In this document: piece by piece, positions 12,901 to 24,296 of the stretch
Numbering within the stretch: the stretch's first letter is position 1
How the letters are laid out: every line of letters begins with the position of its first letter
From: Phoronis australis
Lineage: Eukaryota > Animalia > Phoronida
DNA length: 64,000 nt
Assembly (NCBI GenBank): GCA_002633005.1
Contig: NMRA01000435.1
Coordinates: 1 to 64,000, forward strand
Direction: 5' to 3'
Translations under genes and position numbers: made by a program
Notes under the pieces: model-generated
Told to the model about the DNA's origin: nothing
Databases searched by the model: none
What the model saw: the letters and a program-made list of their open reading frames with translations, nothing else

Positions 12901-15900
12901 CTCAAAAGTAGAACCTTGACCCCAAATGTCTGACATGTGGAAAGTTTTTTAGTTAGAAAGTTTTTCGATTTGAGTTCTTCGTTAATCGGTGGGTTAAAAG
13001 TTAGAAAACTGTTTATTGTAGTTTTAATTTGGCGTAGATGTGAACCAATGTCCTCATGAGGTGGTTTTGATAACAAGTAAAGATCGATAAAACTAAGTTT
13101 CAGTTTTGCAACCCCCTAAATAAATGTAAACGCTTAGTATAATCATTCTTCCTTAAAATTTATTTTCTTTCACCTGTTAAGAACACATAAATAATGCTAT
13201 CAATCTAGAGATATCGGTAAAATATGAACATTGAGTCCTGTGTGCATTTGCCCCTTATTGGAAATTCATAAAAAGTTGGGTTTTGTGCTATTCAGTTGTG
13301 GCAGCCATTTTGTGGGTGCACCACCAGAAATTCATAATTATTTTGTAAATTCCACAATTGATTTTGATTGTTTTAAAAACATTTGCTTACTTGTAGAAAG
13401 AGCTTCATTTAGGAATGAATTTAACTAGATTGACTTGCGAAAAGAGTATCTTGAAGTCGCAATAAAATTGTCTCTGTGGGACTCGTTTTCTGTAGACTTG
13501 CAGAAGCTGTTGCTGGTATTGATTCCTTTTGCACCGACACTAAGCCACTTAGAAGAATAATAATCGTGTTTTGCACAGTTGGCCGTGGGAAAGTAAAAGA
13601 AAATGCTTACTTTATACAGTAGCAAGAACCTGATTGGCTTACTTCCTGAAAACTGGTGTGCATCCTCGTACTTAATTTCCTAGTTCTTTATATTGACATC
13701 TGACACAGGACCTTGGAACCATCAGCAAGGACATAGTTGGTTATTGGTTTGGACTGTGATCTCTTGTTGGATCTGCGTTATGGTAAAAGCCCAAGGTAAT
13801 CCAGTTTAGACAGTCTCTGAAATGTGGGACACCGAAATTCAAACTTATATTGAATTTTTTTTATTCTGAAGATTGGGACGTGTGTGATTTGTGACGTTCT
13901 TTGTATTTCTCAAGTGTGAGACATTGTTTTGTATCAACAGGGTCTGAATATGAACTTGGCGGCTCAAAATCATCAAAAGTAGTTGTTGACACATTTCCAT
14001 ACGTCTCCGCTTTGTGTAACATGGAGGTGAATTGTCGTTGGTTGAACCTAATGTGTGAATTTGAAATGGCCCGTACTGCCCATTTCTGAAGTCTAGGACA
14101 AGCTACGACCTTGAAAAAAGTAAAACTTTTCACCGTCTCAAACTGGAGAATAAAACCACGGGTAGACTTACTGTGGGTTGTACTGTTTCTTGCCTCCCTG
14201 CTCCCAATGGGGTGAATGCAGGTCGTCATCAAACATTCGTACGTATAAGCGCTGAGGTGTAATCTATATACGCAAGACACGAATAAAACTAATGTGATTA
14301 CACTTTGCTTTGCTTATAATGCCATGATGATATCTCATGAGGACTTGAGTAATCTCGATTTTCTCGTAAAAATTGGTCCTGGACAAAGCTGCCTTCATAG
14401 CATTTGTTCCACAATGACAAAGTTGCTTGTAATACCTGGGATAAGTAATTGGTGAGGACATATCCTGCGTAGTGACATTGAAGGGGTCTCATTTGTGAAT
14501 ATTTTCATTCCGTGTTCGACAGCAAATAACTTTGCTCCGCTTCTTTTTTGTTGCCATTTAAGTGCTACCTCTTCAGGTTCATTTTGTTGGCTTCTGGGTA
14601 ATAGTCGTATAAGGTGCCTGTATTTTTAGAACCAGTTTTCTCCAATGAATAACAGGCATCAAACTGGTTCTCAAAATACGGGCACATTATATAAGGCTCT
14701 TGCCAACTATCGTGTCTCTGAAGAAAATGGCTAGAATTGGTTGGGGTAGCAATAGCTTAAGCTATGTATTATATGTAACTCTGTCATGGTCTTGTCCGTT
14801 TCCATGGCAACATTACCTAGTCGAGCAGGTGCAATTTCACCTGTATTTTCTTTTTAAGTTGCCATTCTCATTAATGAATGTTATTGGGTATACATTTTAT
14901 ATGTCGCTGTCTGAAATGAACAGATGAGGATAGAATAAATAAAGGTCTGTTTGACTATGGAAGGCAATTTATCAAAGGATCCCACGTGCCAATCTGAGTG
15001 TTTGCATTTATATAGGAAGAACAGTTGTCTCGGTAGCGATTTTCAGTGAATTTCAAGTTGCCCATTATCCAAGGGCCAGGTTGGAAGGTACATAAGAGAC
15101 GAACCTACTGTACAAGACAAAAATAATCATCAGACAAAACATGGTTTTCCGTGATGACGGCCAGTTCTATTTCCAGCACAAATTACTGGCAATGGCTAGT
15201 AGGATGGCAAAATTCTAATTACGGAATGACTTGGCCACCATTCTAACTCTCGTGTTTGTTTCTCTTCATTCTCAGTCATTAGGAAGACTTACTCTGACTG
15301 TGAATTAGATTTTCGCCCAGTCTTGCGAATAGTTAGACTGTCTGATGGTGGCTATGGTGCAGAATCTGAAACTGGTATATTAAAAGTATACGGTTAAGAA
15401 AGAGTGAGGAAATCTCAAAATATCATTGTCCGCCATATTGTGCTAGATAGTCCTAGTGTTTATTCTCCCTGGTGATGACTAATACAGTTGGGGCAAGTTG
15501 CACAGTGTTACAAAACAGCTTGATGTATCACGTAGCTGGAAGTTGTACTACAGTCTCCACTGACATGGGCCCACACATCGAATCTCGTGACTGATCATTG
15601 TGCTTAAATGCTTCACACCTTCCTGTGTGCTCAACAGTGGAAACCTGGAGGAGGACATGTATTGATTATTTCTCTCCCATTAAGGAGACATTGGAAAGTG
15701 TCTGAGTTTTTAAAGCCTGTATTGATGGCAGTTTTGTGGTCACTTGAAGTAATTTAGTCAATTCTCTTTACTAGCTGTTGTTTCTCATTTAGATTATGCG
15801 TTGATTTATAACTCCAATGACTTAGAAGTTGAAATGTTTCATTCCTAGCATAATTTCAGTAGCGTAGCATAACACCAGAATTTTCATACTTTAGTTGTTC

Positions 15901-18900
15901 TTATTTCAGGTAAGAGCATTATTTATTCAGGTTATGTTGGACCCTAGAAAAATGTCGAATTTTGGCTAACTTCGGAAGTCGGAACTTCGTGGTATATCTC
16001 ACAAAACTACTGATCGGATTCTTATAAAACTTTCAGGTGCCATGCTTTATACGCTGTTTAGAATTGTTTTTGAATTGATCCACTTTTGAAGTGAGGGCCT
16101 CTCAAAAATGGTACTGATCAGATATGGTTTTTATGAAAATATTTAAAGTTCATAAATCAAAAATGGAATGTTAACTTAGGAAACCATGACGTCGTTTTTT
16201 GAGATTTCATTTTAGAACATTTATGTCAAACAAATTTTAGTTAATGGTACAGTTGTTTTGCTAAATTTTACTAAAAACTCATGGTCACATAACCCAATCA
16301 AAGATAGATTGGTATGATGTCAAAAATGAAATTCTACAGGATTTCTACTTTCAGAAAATTTATACTTTAGCTGAATTCTGTAGTTTTGTACCCATTTGGC
16401 TAAAGGCATGAACTTGTTGATAGGGTCTTACATAACCTAAATGTTATGGCCCCATCGCACTTTGGCAAACTAACTGACAGTAAATAACTCCGTGAATAGT
16501 AGAGTCATGAATGAGCAATTTTAATACATTACCAAATAACTTCTTTTAGATATTAGTTTTTTCACTTCCTCATTACTTATGCTTAACATAAAATCAAGAA
16601 ATATGTTAATGAGGCCTGCTAGACAGACATACCAGCATCAGATTAATCAGACAGTTTGAGATAACCACTGAATGAAATGAAGCAGTAAAACTTTGGCCCA
16701 CATTGCTGGCCAGCTCTATGATTTTCTGAAGCATTTTTGACGTTTCAAGTAACATTTCAACCATTTTGGAAAAAAGCTGTCGAAATTTGCCTTTTTCATT
16801 GAATTAAAGTCTTCCATTTTCGTTGCGTAATTGCCCTCAGCTGTGTTACAGGACCTGCATGGCCAAGCATTATGTTGGTACTATGTATCTTTTATTATAG
16901 AATGTCTACCTTACTCTGTCCTAAATTGATGAGATTTTTGTCTTGGACTAAGTAATCAGGATATGATTCTCAGTAACAGAAATATTTTCATTACGTCAGG
17001 TTTTATTGGTTTTTGTCTAGATTTGCTTTTTTTCACACAACTTAACATAATTCTCTGCATAAATTATTATGACTGTGTTGTTATAAATCACCATGTTGAC
17101 ATAGTATAACTTTAAGTCCCCTGATGTAGCCAACATATGGCTCATAAGAAAACTAATATGCTGTAGTTTTCATCATTGTCCTCACTTCCACATCACTGCT
17201 GCTAAATTCACCTACTTTCTGCATGGTTTTGATGCAATTTAAACTTTGATGCAAGAGGGAGTTTAACATTTCCCACATTCCAATGCTTTCCCAGACCTCC
17301 AGATCAGCATCAATGTCAGTGTTTAGTGGAAAGGGACACTTGTTGTTTTGAAGGGCTGAGCACATGTTGGTTTAATTGCTAACAGGTGTCTGTCCTGTTG
17401 TGTCAGCTTCAACAGGTTAACCTTGGTTATTTTATGTCCAGGTTAACCTTGGTTATTTTATGTCCAACAATATCTGGTGTGTGCTACTGAGACCTGGGTT
17501 CTTTACTGTGAACTAGTCTGGTATTGAGGTGTACACAAGGATGTATTGTGAGCTCAAGTGAAGGCAATAGTCACTTATAGGGGCCCCAACATTTTGAGAA
17601 CCAGTTTGACGCCTGTTATTCAGAGGAGAAAACTGGTTCTCAAAATGCACGAGGCCTACCCTTGACCATTACGCAAGGAGACTTAATTCATAAACACCAC
17701 CTGGTGAATATAAAGTCTCCCAAGGTGTTGCACAGCAGCCTAGAATGTGGGGATATTACATTCTTAGTAAATTTGTTTTCACCAATAGTTTTAAAATGAA
17801 CTTTGTCCTCATAAAATATTGTTTGTCAATTAAATAATCAAAAAGTGCAAAAATGTTTGCTTGATATGTCGCAGGTGTTACTAACTTCCATTTTCTTTTA
17901 CAGAAACCGGCTACAAATGGACATATTCACGTGGTGTCGTCTAGTTCGGAGAAGTCGGAAGATGAGCTAGATAGAAAACCATCACCGTCAGGCGGTAAAA
18001 CTAGTCAGAAGTCACCCAAAGCAGATGAGACAGTCCCAGCCAAGAAGGTTAGTTTGCAATGCCTGAAGTCAAAGTAAATGTTGTGTACCTGTTATTAAAG
18101 CTGAGGATATGGTGGCTGAGTGAAATTTTTGTTTTCAAATCTCTCGAGAAAATAGAGTTGTAGTGAAGAAAATTTTTAGTCTATTCTTAGCTAATTTGCG
18201 GCGATCAGTTAAAATGCAGTTTCCAGTCATGATGACTAATTGTGTAACGAGCTATTAGGGCGACAAAATTCTAATTACAGAATGACTCAGCCATCTTGCT
18301 AACTTTCTTGTTAATTCTCCTTTATTCTCTGTCATCAGGGGAGACTATTCTCTGTCATCAGGGGAGACAACCTGGCCGTTGTTACGGGGATTTTCAGGTC
18401 ATTTTGTCTGAATGTTTTGGCTATAATTTTGTTCATAACTGACAAAAAAATTATTGTGCTGGAAAACTGGAAATGCCTTTAAGAGATTTTATCGGCTTTA
18501 CAGCCCAAAAACGCATTTTTGGGATTATCGTTGGATGGGTTATACTTCTTGAATTTTTTAAAATATATAGACGCTGTGGTTGGCCAGTAGTGAAATATAT
18601 CAAATAAACACAGAAAAATCAGGAACCCCAACTGCGAATCGAACCATGGGTCTCTAGATTGCCGTAATTGCACAGATATCGGGTCCTCAGTAGCTCAGTG
18701 GTGAGAGCACTAGACCGGCAAACTAGAGACCTGTGGTTCGATTCCCAGTTGGGGTTTCTGAATTTTTTTAGGTTCACCAGACTTATTAAACAACAAAATC
18801 TTTTTTGTGTTATTTTATTACAAGTCATCGAATTCTTGCCATTATCTGCCAGACATTCACTGGAATCGAAGAGGGTGAATTCATCAGGTCAATACGCTTA

Positions 18901-21900
18901 TTCTCTGATTGAGTAAGGTTTAGCTCTCCAGCAGTGTGTTAGACTGTGACCGTGGTGGTTAGAGGTTTTGGTTCCTTGCTGAAGCTGATCTTAGAAAGTC
19001 ACTTTCTCGCAGACAATGTCTTTTAAACGTTGCGGTTGTATCAATGATGTTGAAACAATTATGAAAACAATTTATCAACGTATCAAGACTGTTTTATACA
19101 ACTGGTCACTGGACTCCAACATCCAGCAGTGTGATCTTGTAGAGATAAGTCAGTGGTCATTGAGTTGGCCTTTGTGTTGTTTCCAGTTGAAGAAAGCTGT
19201 GGCGAAGCCTGAAACTCCCAAAGAAGAGCAGGCAACAGGTGCCGCCACTGAAGCAGAAGGTTGGTGACTGTTCTTTTGTTTTTAGGTAGACATTTTGCCT
19301 CTTTACCATTCTACAACACAATGTATTTCTCAAAGTAAATAGGTACATTACGGTAAAGTCTCACCAATTTAGGCATAGGTTCATAAAGATATGTGGCATC
19401 AAATTAATGCTTTACCCAAAGTTCTGTACCATAGCTACCATTGAGATAATGTGTTGAAAAATTGTTGGCATTCACAGCAATGTTAAAAGACCTTGAAGAA
19501 CGGAAAAAGGTAATTTTGGCAATTATTTTTGTCCGAAATTGTTGAGATTTTACGGTAAGAAAAGAACACGAGTGTAGTCAATATTCTTGACTCAAATTTA
19601 CTCATCAGTGTTTCTGTCAGAAAAAGAATGAGGTCAATATTGAAATATTAAAAATGTGTAGTCATCTGTGATGATAGATTGAACAAGGAGATAGTGTAGT
19701 CTCTATACTCCTGAACTGCTCTGTTCCAGATGGTGAGTGGACCACTCAACGGTCGCGCAAAGGCAAAAAGTTGCAAAAAACCAAGAAAGAGGATGCTGAG
19801 CCTTCTAGCGAGAAGAAGTCTGAGTCGCCAAAGCAGGAACCTAGGGCCTCCCCTGGTAACGTATTTGTTTTTTAATGTTGTACTAGACCCTAGGGCCCAA
19901 GATTTATTTTTTTGAAATCGTCTTATAATTGGAGTTTTGTTTTGGTTCATATTTGATACAGACAAATGAGCATCTTATATGTGCCCAGATGGCGCTTGAT
20001 GAATCTTTCTGAAATATAGCATATGTGTAAGACGTAATATTGTACTCGGTAATTTCCGAACTTATCCATCTAGTGCTGTGGCGCTTCGACCTTACATACA
20101 ACCTTTGATAGAGCGAGCCCTGTGTGTGTGTGTAGGTGTGTGTTAGCTGATACCCAATGGTCTAATTACAGGCTATATAAGTGTAATTGCTGCTTGAACA
20201 TGTGTTCATTTGTGACTAAGTACATTGTGTGAGACGCGACATTGTTTTCTGACTGTCTTGCCATGCATTTTCATTCTCTTGATTTGTCAAATACGGGACT
20301 CCAATCCTTTTCAGACACCAAGCAGTCACCCAAGGAGAAACGAAGCAAGAAAAAGAAGGCAGAGAGCCCAGCTGTAGAAGAACCAGTGACATCACCAGAG
20401 GTTGCTCCCAGCAGTGACTCTCAGGTCATTGAGAAGGTGGACGTGGCAGAGAGTGCACCAGTGTCAGCAGAGCCCCCTCTTGGAGAGGAAGTTCATGAGG
20501 TTGGAATGTAGATTGTAAATCAATTCCATTCAACACAACCACTTTCACAGTAGCTTCATTCAGAGTTAATAATGATTCAAATTCAGCCTGTTGCATACTT
20601 GGTACACCTAGTTTTTGAACATGGCTGCTGTGAGGAGGACCGAAACTGGTGAAGTTATATTGAACACTTGTATGGTAATATGGCTATTACATCGGGACAT
20701 CCTGTTTCACGCATTGGTTAATGTCGATTGTTTTGATTTGGTTTTGATGCAGCATTGTCATTCTGTGGTCAGATTGGATATCATAGGTGTTGTTTTTGGT
20801 TGAATAAATCTTCATTGATATTTCATTTTACTTTGAACTTGTTTGTTAGCGCTCAATATAGCATTATGATAAGAATTGAATGGGTTTTCCAAAATTTAAT
20901 AAAAACGACGACGAATTTAAACCGGCTTGACGTGTTTAAAGGTGGTCTCTGTCTTTTTCTTTTGAGGATGGTGTTTTAATAAACAGTGAAACATGTCAAG
21001 CCAGTTTAAATACGTCGTTGTTTTCATCAACATACGCTGCTACTTGCTATCATGGATATCTTTTCCAAAATTATTTTATTATCATTTTTTGGTGTTGAAA
21101 TCATCGTCTCTGAATCACTTTTCTCAGGTGGAGTCCAGTCAGGCGCAAGTTGTCACTGTTGACCAAACCACTGATCAGGCCGAGATCACGGGTCAGCCAG
21201 TGGCTAGCGCTGATCCATCAAGTGCTAGTAACAGTCCGACGGGTGCCACGGAGGACCAGCTGCCTCAGCCAGTTCCCAAGAAGAGTCCTAAGAAAAAGAA
21301 AGGCCGGCCCGCTCCGGCCACACCTAGTATAGCCAATCAGGAGCAAAGTAGACAAGTGAGTCGAAGTTGGCATCGCTGAGAGAACTTCTTCTTTTGTTGT
21401 CTTTTGATTTTTTTTTTAATTGCAGGCGGTCTGATACACGTTGTACCAGACGTGCGCAGGCCTCGCATGTGGGCCCATTGCACTGATCATCTGGAAATAT
21501 TTTTATGCTTTATTGATATATGGTTAAAATTGAGCTGAGGAGCTAGAAACCTGGCTCAAGGGTTTAGCAGTGTGAACTGGTGGGACTCGAACCCACAACC
21601 TCGAGTAAAGAAAGCGGGCACTTATCAACCAGGCCACACTGCCTCCTCTGTCTTTTGATTGCTTAATGTGCTTAATTTTCATTGGCCACAAAATTAATAT
21701 GATATAACAATGCACAAAAACTGATGAAGACCAATAAGTGTAGAAACTACAATGAGGATGACAAATAAGGTACAAGTAAAAAATAAGAGTTGAAAAAGTG
21801 CAGTCAATGTAGGGGTGATTAAAAAATGTGGTTACTTATTTCCATCCTGTGTAATAAGTTTTATTCCTGAATATGTAGTTGAGTAATAGATTCATAAATA

Positions 21901-24296
21901 AATACATACAAGAAAATAATTAATAATAAAAAGTAACTTGAGGACATTTGCAGGATCTAATGACGATAAGTCGTCCTTTTTAAAATTTGTTTGTTGCATA
22001 ATGGATAAGATATGCATTTCAAACCCTGTCTAAAAACTGTGATGAACCATATACCGCACAGTGTGTGTGTGTGTGTGTGTATACAGTGTGTTATAAACTA
22101 CTGACCAGAGTGTCTATATACAGTGTGTTATAAACTACTGACCAGAGCCTATATAGAGTGTGTTATAAACTACTGACCAGAGCCTATATATGGTGTGTTA
22201 TAAACTACTGACCAGAGCGTATATACAGTGTGTTATAAACTACTGACCAGAGTGTCTATATACAGTGTGTTATAAACTACTGACCAGAGTGCACACAAGT
22301 GTTTGAACACCATTTCTTTACCTAGTTCCCAATGTTGTGAAGGGTGTAGACTGTGGCTCACCACCATGTATGAATACAAAAATATAGATGGCTTTTAAGG
22401 ATCAGTACATTAGTCATGTTTTGTGTCTGAATCAAGCATGAAAAATAAACACAATTTATTTTTGATAAAGTGTACACAGCAAAATAAGTTGTTTACATTT
22501 TGTGAATGTAAAAATAAGTTGTTTACGTTTTTGTAAATGTATTTCTGATGCTTTGTTTCTAGGATAGTAATCAGTTGCCTTCCAAAAATGCCATAGAGGT
22601 CGCTAGTGAGGCGTCGTCCAACACTGACAGTGGTGCTAAAGAAGAGAAGACAGATTCAGGTGTTGGTGAAGAAACGTCCAAAAAAGAAGTTTTTAATGAG
22701 ATGGGCGATGGTAAGCATCTTATTCATGATTCAGACTGTGGTAAAAGACAAATAAGTATGTCGAATCAGACTGAGAAATTGATGAGTGAGATGAAATCCA
22801 ACTTGTCTTAATGGCCCAGCACTTGAACTGGACCAATCGTACTGTGGAAATTTGTGAAGTCAAGTTTCAGGTTTTGTGCATCTGACTGAACTGAGTTTCA
22901 CTGTATGTACAGTAGTTTTCAAAAATATGTTGATGAAATTTTATTCGCATTGAACATCAGCGAATTTTAAAAGGAAATCTTTCCGTCTAATTTCAAATGG
23001 TTTGTGGTATTTCTTCACCTGTTTAACATACAACATGGCGGGTAAGTGAAATTTCTTGTCACATTTCTCAGCAAAAGAATAGGTTAAGAATATTTTACAG
23101 TCCATTGTGAGCGTCGTTTGTACTATGAAGATGTCATAAATCAACATCTGGTTAAGGATATAACAAACCTTATTCACAAAAATTGGCCGTTTTTACAAAA
23201 ATATTTCATATACGTCGAGCAAAATATCTTATCTTTACTCTCGGGGACCTTCAAGTGTGTAGTGAGAAAAAAGATTTAGCAGAGCCACGTGGAATTTTGT
23301 TTACTACTTATCTGAGGTCAAAGGTTACAGGGCTTTCACTCAAATCGAATCTCCCGCCAGGCATAGAGCAGCTAGAAACATGTCAAGTCCATTTAAACCG
23401 TGGTTGTTTTTTATTAATACAAACTAAAAGACTAATTGGAAATTCCCAACAGCATTTTTTGAGGTAAATGGTGGAAGTTTTAATTTAGAAAAAGTTTCAT
23501 TTAAATCGACCGAGGGTCATTTTGGTATATACGGTATGTACCTTTCTTAAAAGTGAAATTTTGACTTTAAATGCAATAATGATAATCACTCAGAGGTGTT
23601 TTTATAATCCTTGATCTTTCGAAAAGTATATACTTTTACTAGCTGACAAAGCATTTTTTTACATTCGAGTTAGATTTGAGGCCACTAAATAAGGTTTGAG
23701 ATAACCTTTAGCCCATCGTATATGTGGGCGCCCCCCTATGGCTATTTTACGTTCATTAAGAAAACCTTATGTTTCCATTATTTACAGCAAGTACTCAACT
23801 TTTGAAATTTAGAAAAAAATTTTGGCAGTTATTTGTTGTGAAATAAGTTAAGAATTATAATGTTAGTAGGCATTTAAGTTGTGGTGGAAATAATTAGACT
23901 GACACTGATGTGTTATGTAAGCTATTTCTCACTGATGTGTTATGTAAGCTGTTTCTCACTGATGTGTTATGTAAGCTATTTCTCACTGATGTGTTATGTA
24001 AGCTATTTCTCACTGATGTGTTATGTAAGCTATTTCTCACTGATGTGTTATGTAAGCTGTTTCTCACTGATGTGTTATGTAAGCTATTTCTCACTGATGT
24101 GTTATGTAAGCTATTTCTCACTGATGTTATGTAAGCTATTTCTCACTGATGTGTTATGTAAGCTATTTCTCACTGATGTGTTATGTAAGCTATTTCTCAC
24201 TGATGTGTTATGTAAGCTATTTCTCAATCTATTTTAGATAACTGGACTGAGGCTAAGCCACAGAGAAAAAAGAAGAAAGTGAGAAGAGACAACTAA
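3960..24296 (+). CDS. MTDH: Metadherin/LYRIC/AEG-1-like single-pass membrane protein, 379 aa, 8 coding exons
   Basis: Exons 3960-4136, 17904-18047, 19187-19259, 19730-19855, 20315-20499, 21128-21355, 22563-22710, 24238-24296. All are GT-AG and phase-compatible (1140 nt). An N-terminal TM segment (LALPVVGVVLFVFLVFAFG) is followed by a basic patch. Motifs KPATNGH, DGEWTTQRSRKGKK and C-terminal DNWTEAKPQRKKKKVRRDN* parallel MTDH KPKPNGR, DEGAWETKISHREKR and SWESPKQIKKKKKARRET. The gene structure is more certain than the name. Confidence 0.75.
4253..5076. mobile_element. Non-autonomous DNA transposon (MITE), Tc1/mariner-like
   Basis: Inverted ends agtgacctaattatcggacg (~4259-4278) and cgtccgataattaggtacact (~5050-5070). 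Subterminal repeat gaacctaaatatcggac at ~4450 with its complement at ~5034. TA near both ends. Confidence 0.6.
5136..5449. repeat. ~310-bp imperfect palindrome (fold-back/MITE-like)
   Basis: Arms pair throughout, e.g. caaactttttcttcgag/ctcgaagaaaaagtttg and aacactgcgcgccagg/cctggcgcgcacagtgtt. The centre is tatgacgtcata at 5288-5299. Confidence 0.85.
5586..6054 (+). mobile_element. hAT-type MITE (family A, copy 1)
   Basis: TIRs caggcttttat/ataaaggcctg. 8-bp TSD tggccacc/tggccact (one mismatch). The interior is homologous to 44079-44548. Confidence 0.85.
7016..8428 (+). mobile_element. Non-autonomous hAT-like element with 5-bp TSD (family B, copy 1); internal assembly gap
   Basis: 11-bp TIR cagggctcgac/gtcgagccctg. 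TSD ccgaa at 7011-7015 and 8429-8433. Subterminal ggtcgca/tgcgacc repeats. Near-identical inverted copy at 60790-61968. Confidence 0.9.
9193..9902. mobile_element. Probable degenerate DNA-transposon remnant with inverted ends
   Basis: gttataccaca at 9193 and tgtggtataac at ~9892-9902, with internal short palindromes. Boundaries are uncertain. Confidence 0.35.
12310..12600 (+). repeat. Dispersed repeat family C (other copies at ~32790-33040 and ~53565-53880)
   Basis: All three loci share the core aaaatgg...ctgaa...gaggt(g/t)ggaa(a/t)gttgaattatg..atagaattca. Confidence 0.7.
14605..14693. mobile_element. ~90-110-bp palindromic mini-MITE family D (copies at ~9050-9110, 17570-17650, 37200-37300, 45205-45312, 46250-46350)
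   Basis: Arms tttt(g)agaaccagtt...aactggttctcaaaat around a ctgaataacaggc-like core, repeated at several loci. Confidence 0.75.
15927..16441. mobile_element. MITE with ~20-bp TIRs (possibly Kolobok-like)
   Basis: ttcaggttatgttggacccta ... tagggtcttacataacctaaa. Confidence 0.65.
18684..18755 (+). pseudogene. tRNA-like sequence (SINE head or tRNA pseudogene) with an upstream inverted partial copy at 18613-18664
   Basis: A box tagctcagtggt, B box ggttcgattcc, cloverleaf-like spacing, T7 run at 18763-18769. Acceptor and anticodon stems are imperfect. Confidence 0.65.
19351..19555. mobile_element. TA-flanked Tc1/mariner-type MITE
   Basis: ta|cggtaaagtctcaccaatt ... aattgttgagattttacgg|ta. Confidence 0.7.
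21525..21648 (-). mobile_element. tRNA-derived SINE fragment
   Basis: Minus strand reads ggaggcagtgtggcctggttgataag (A box) ... ggttcgagtccc (B box), then a CORE-like cccttgagccagg. Confidence 0.65.
22062..22290. repeat. (TG)n followed by a ~35-37-bp minisatellite, ~6 copies
   Basis: Unit tatatacagtgtgttataaactactgaccagag(tgt)c. Confidence 0.95.
23903..24226. repeat. 27-bp minisatellite, ~12 copies
   Basis: Unit cactgatgtgttatgtaagctatttct. It accounts for the periodic ORFs at 23881-24237. Confidence 0.97.

Noticed and set aside
13861-14280. 139-aa minus-strand ORF in the MTDH intron
   Set aside because: No recognisable domain and no consistent exon chain.
18684-18755. Functional tRNA gene (GGC anticodon)
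   Set aside because: Mismatched acceptor and anticodon stems, no U33, an anticodon that is rare in eukaryotes, and an inverted partial copy. Better explained as a SINE or pseudogene.
21719-21750. Hammerhead-like CTGATGA...GAAAC
   Set aside because: Stem II does not pair convincingly and I found no stem I/III or cleavage triplet; at most a degenerate remnant.
23881-24237. Periodic ORFs / CRISPR-like array
   Set aside because: Head-to-tail 27-bp minisatellite with no unique spacers, in a eukaryotic intron.
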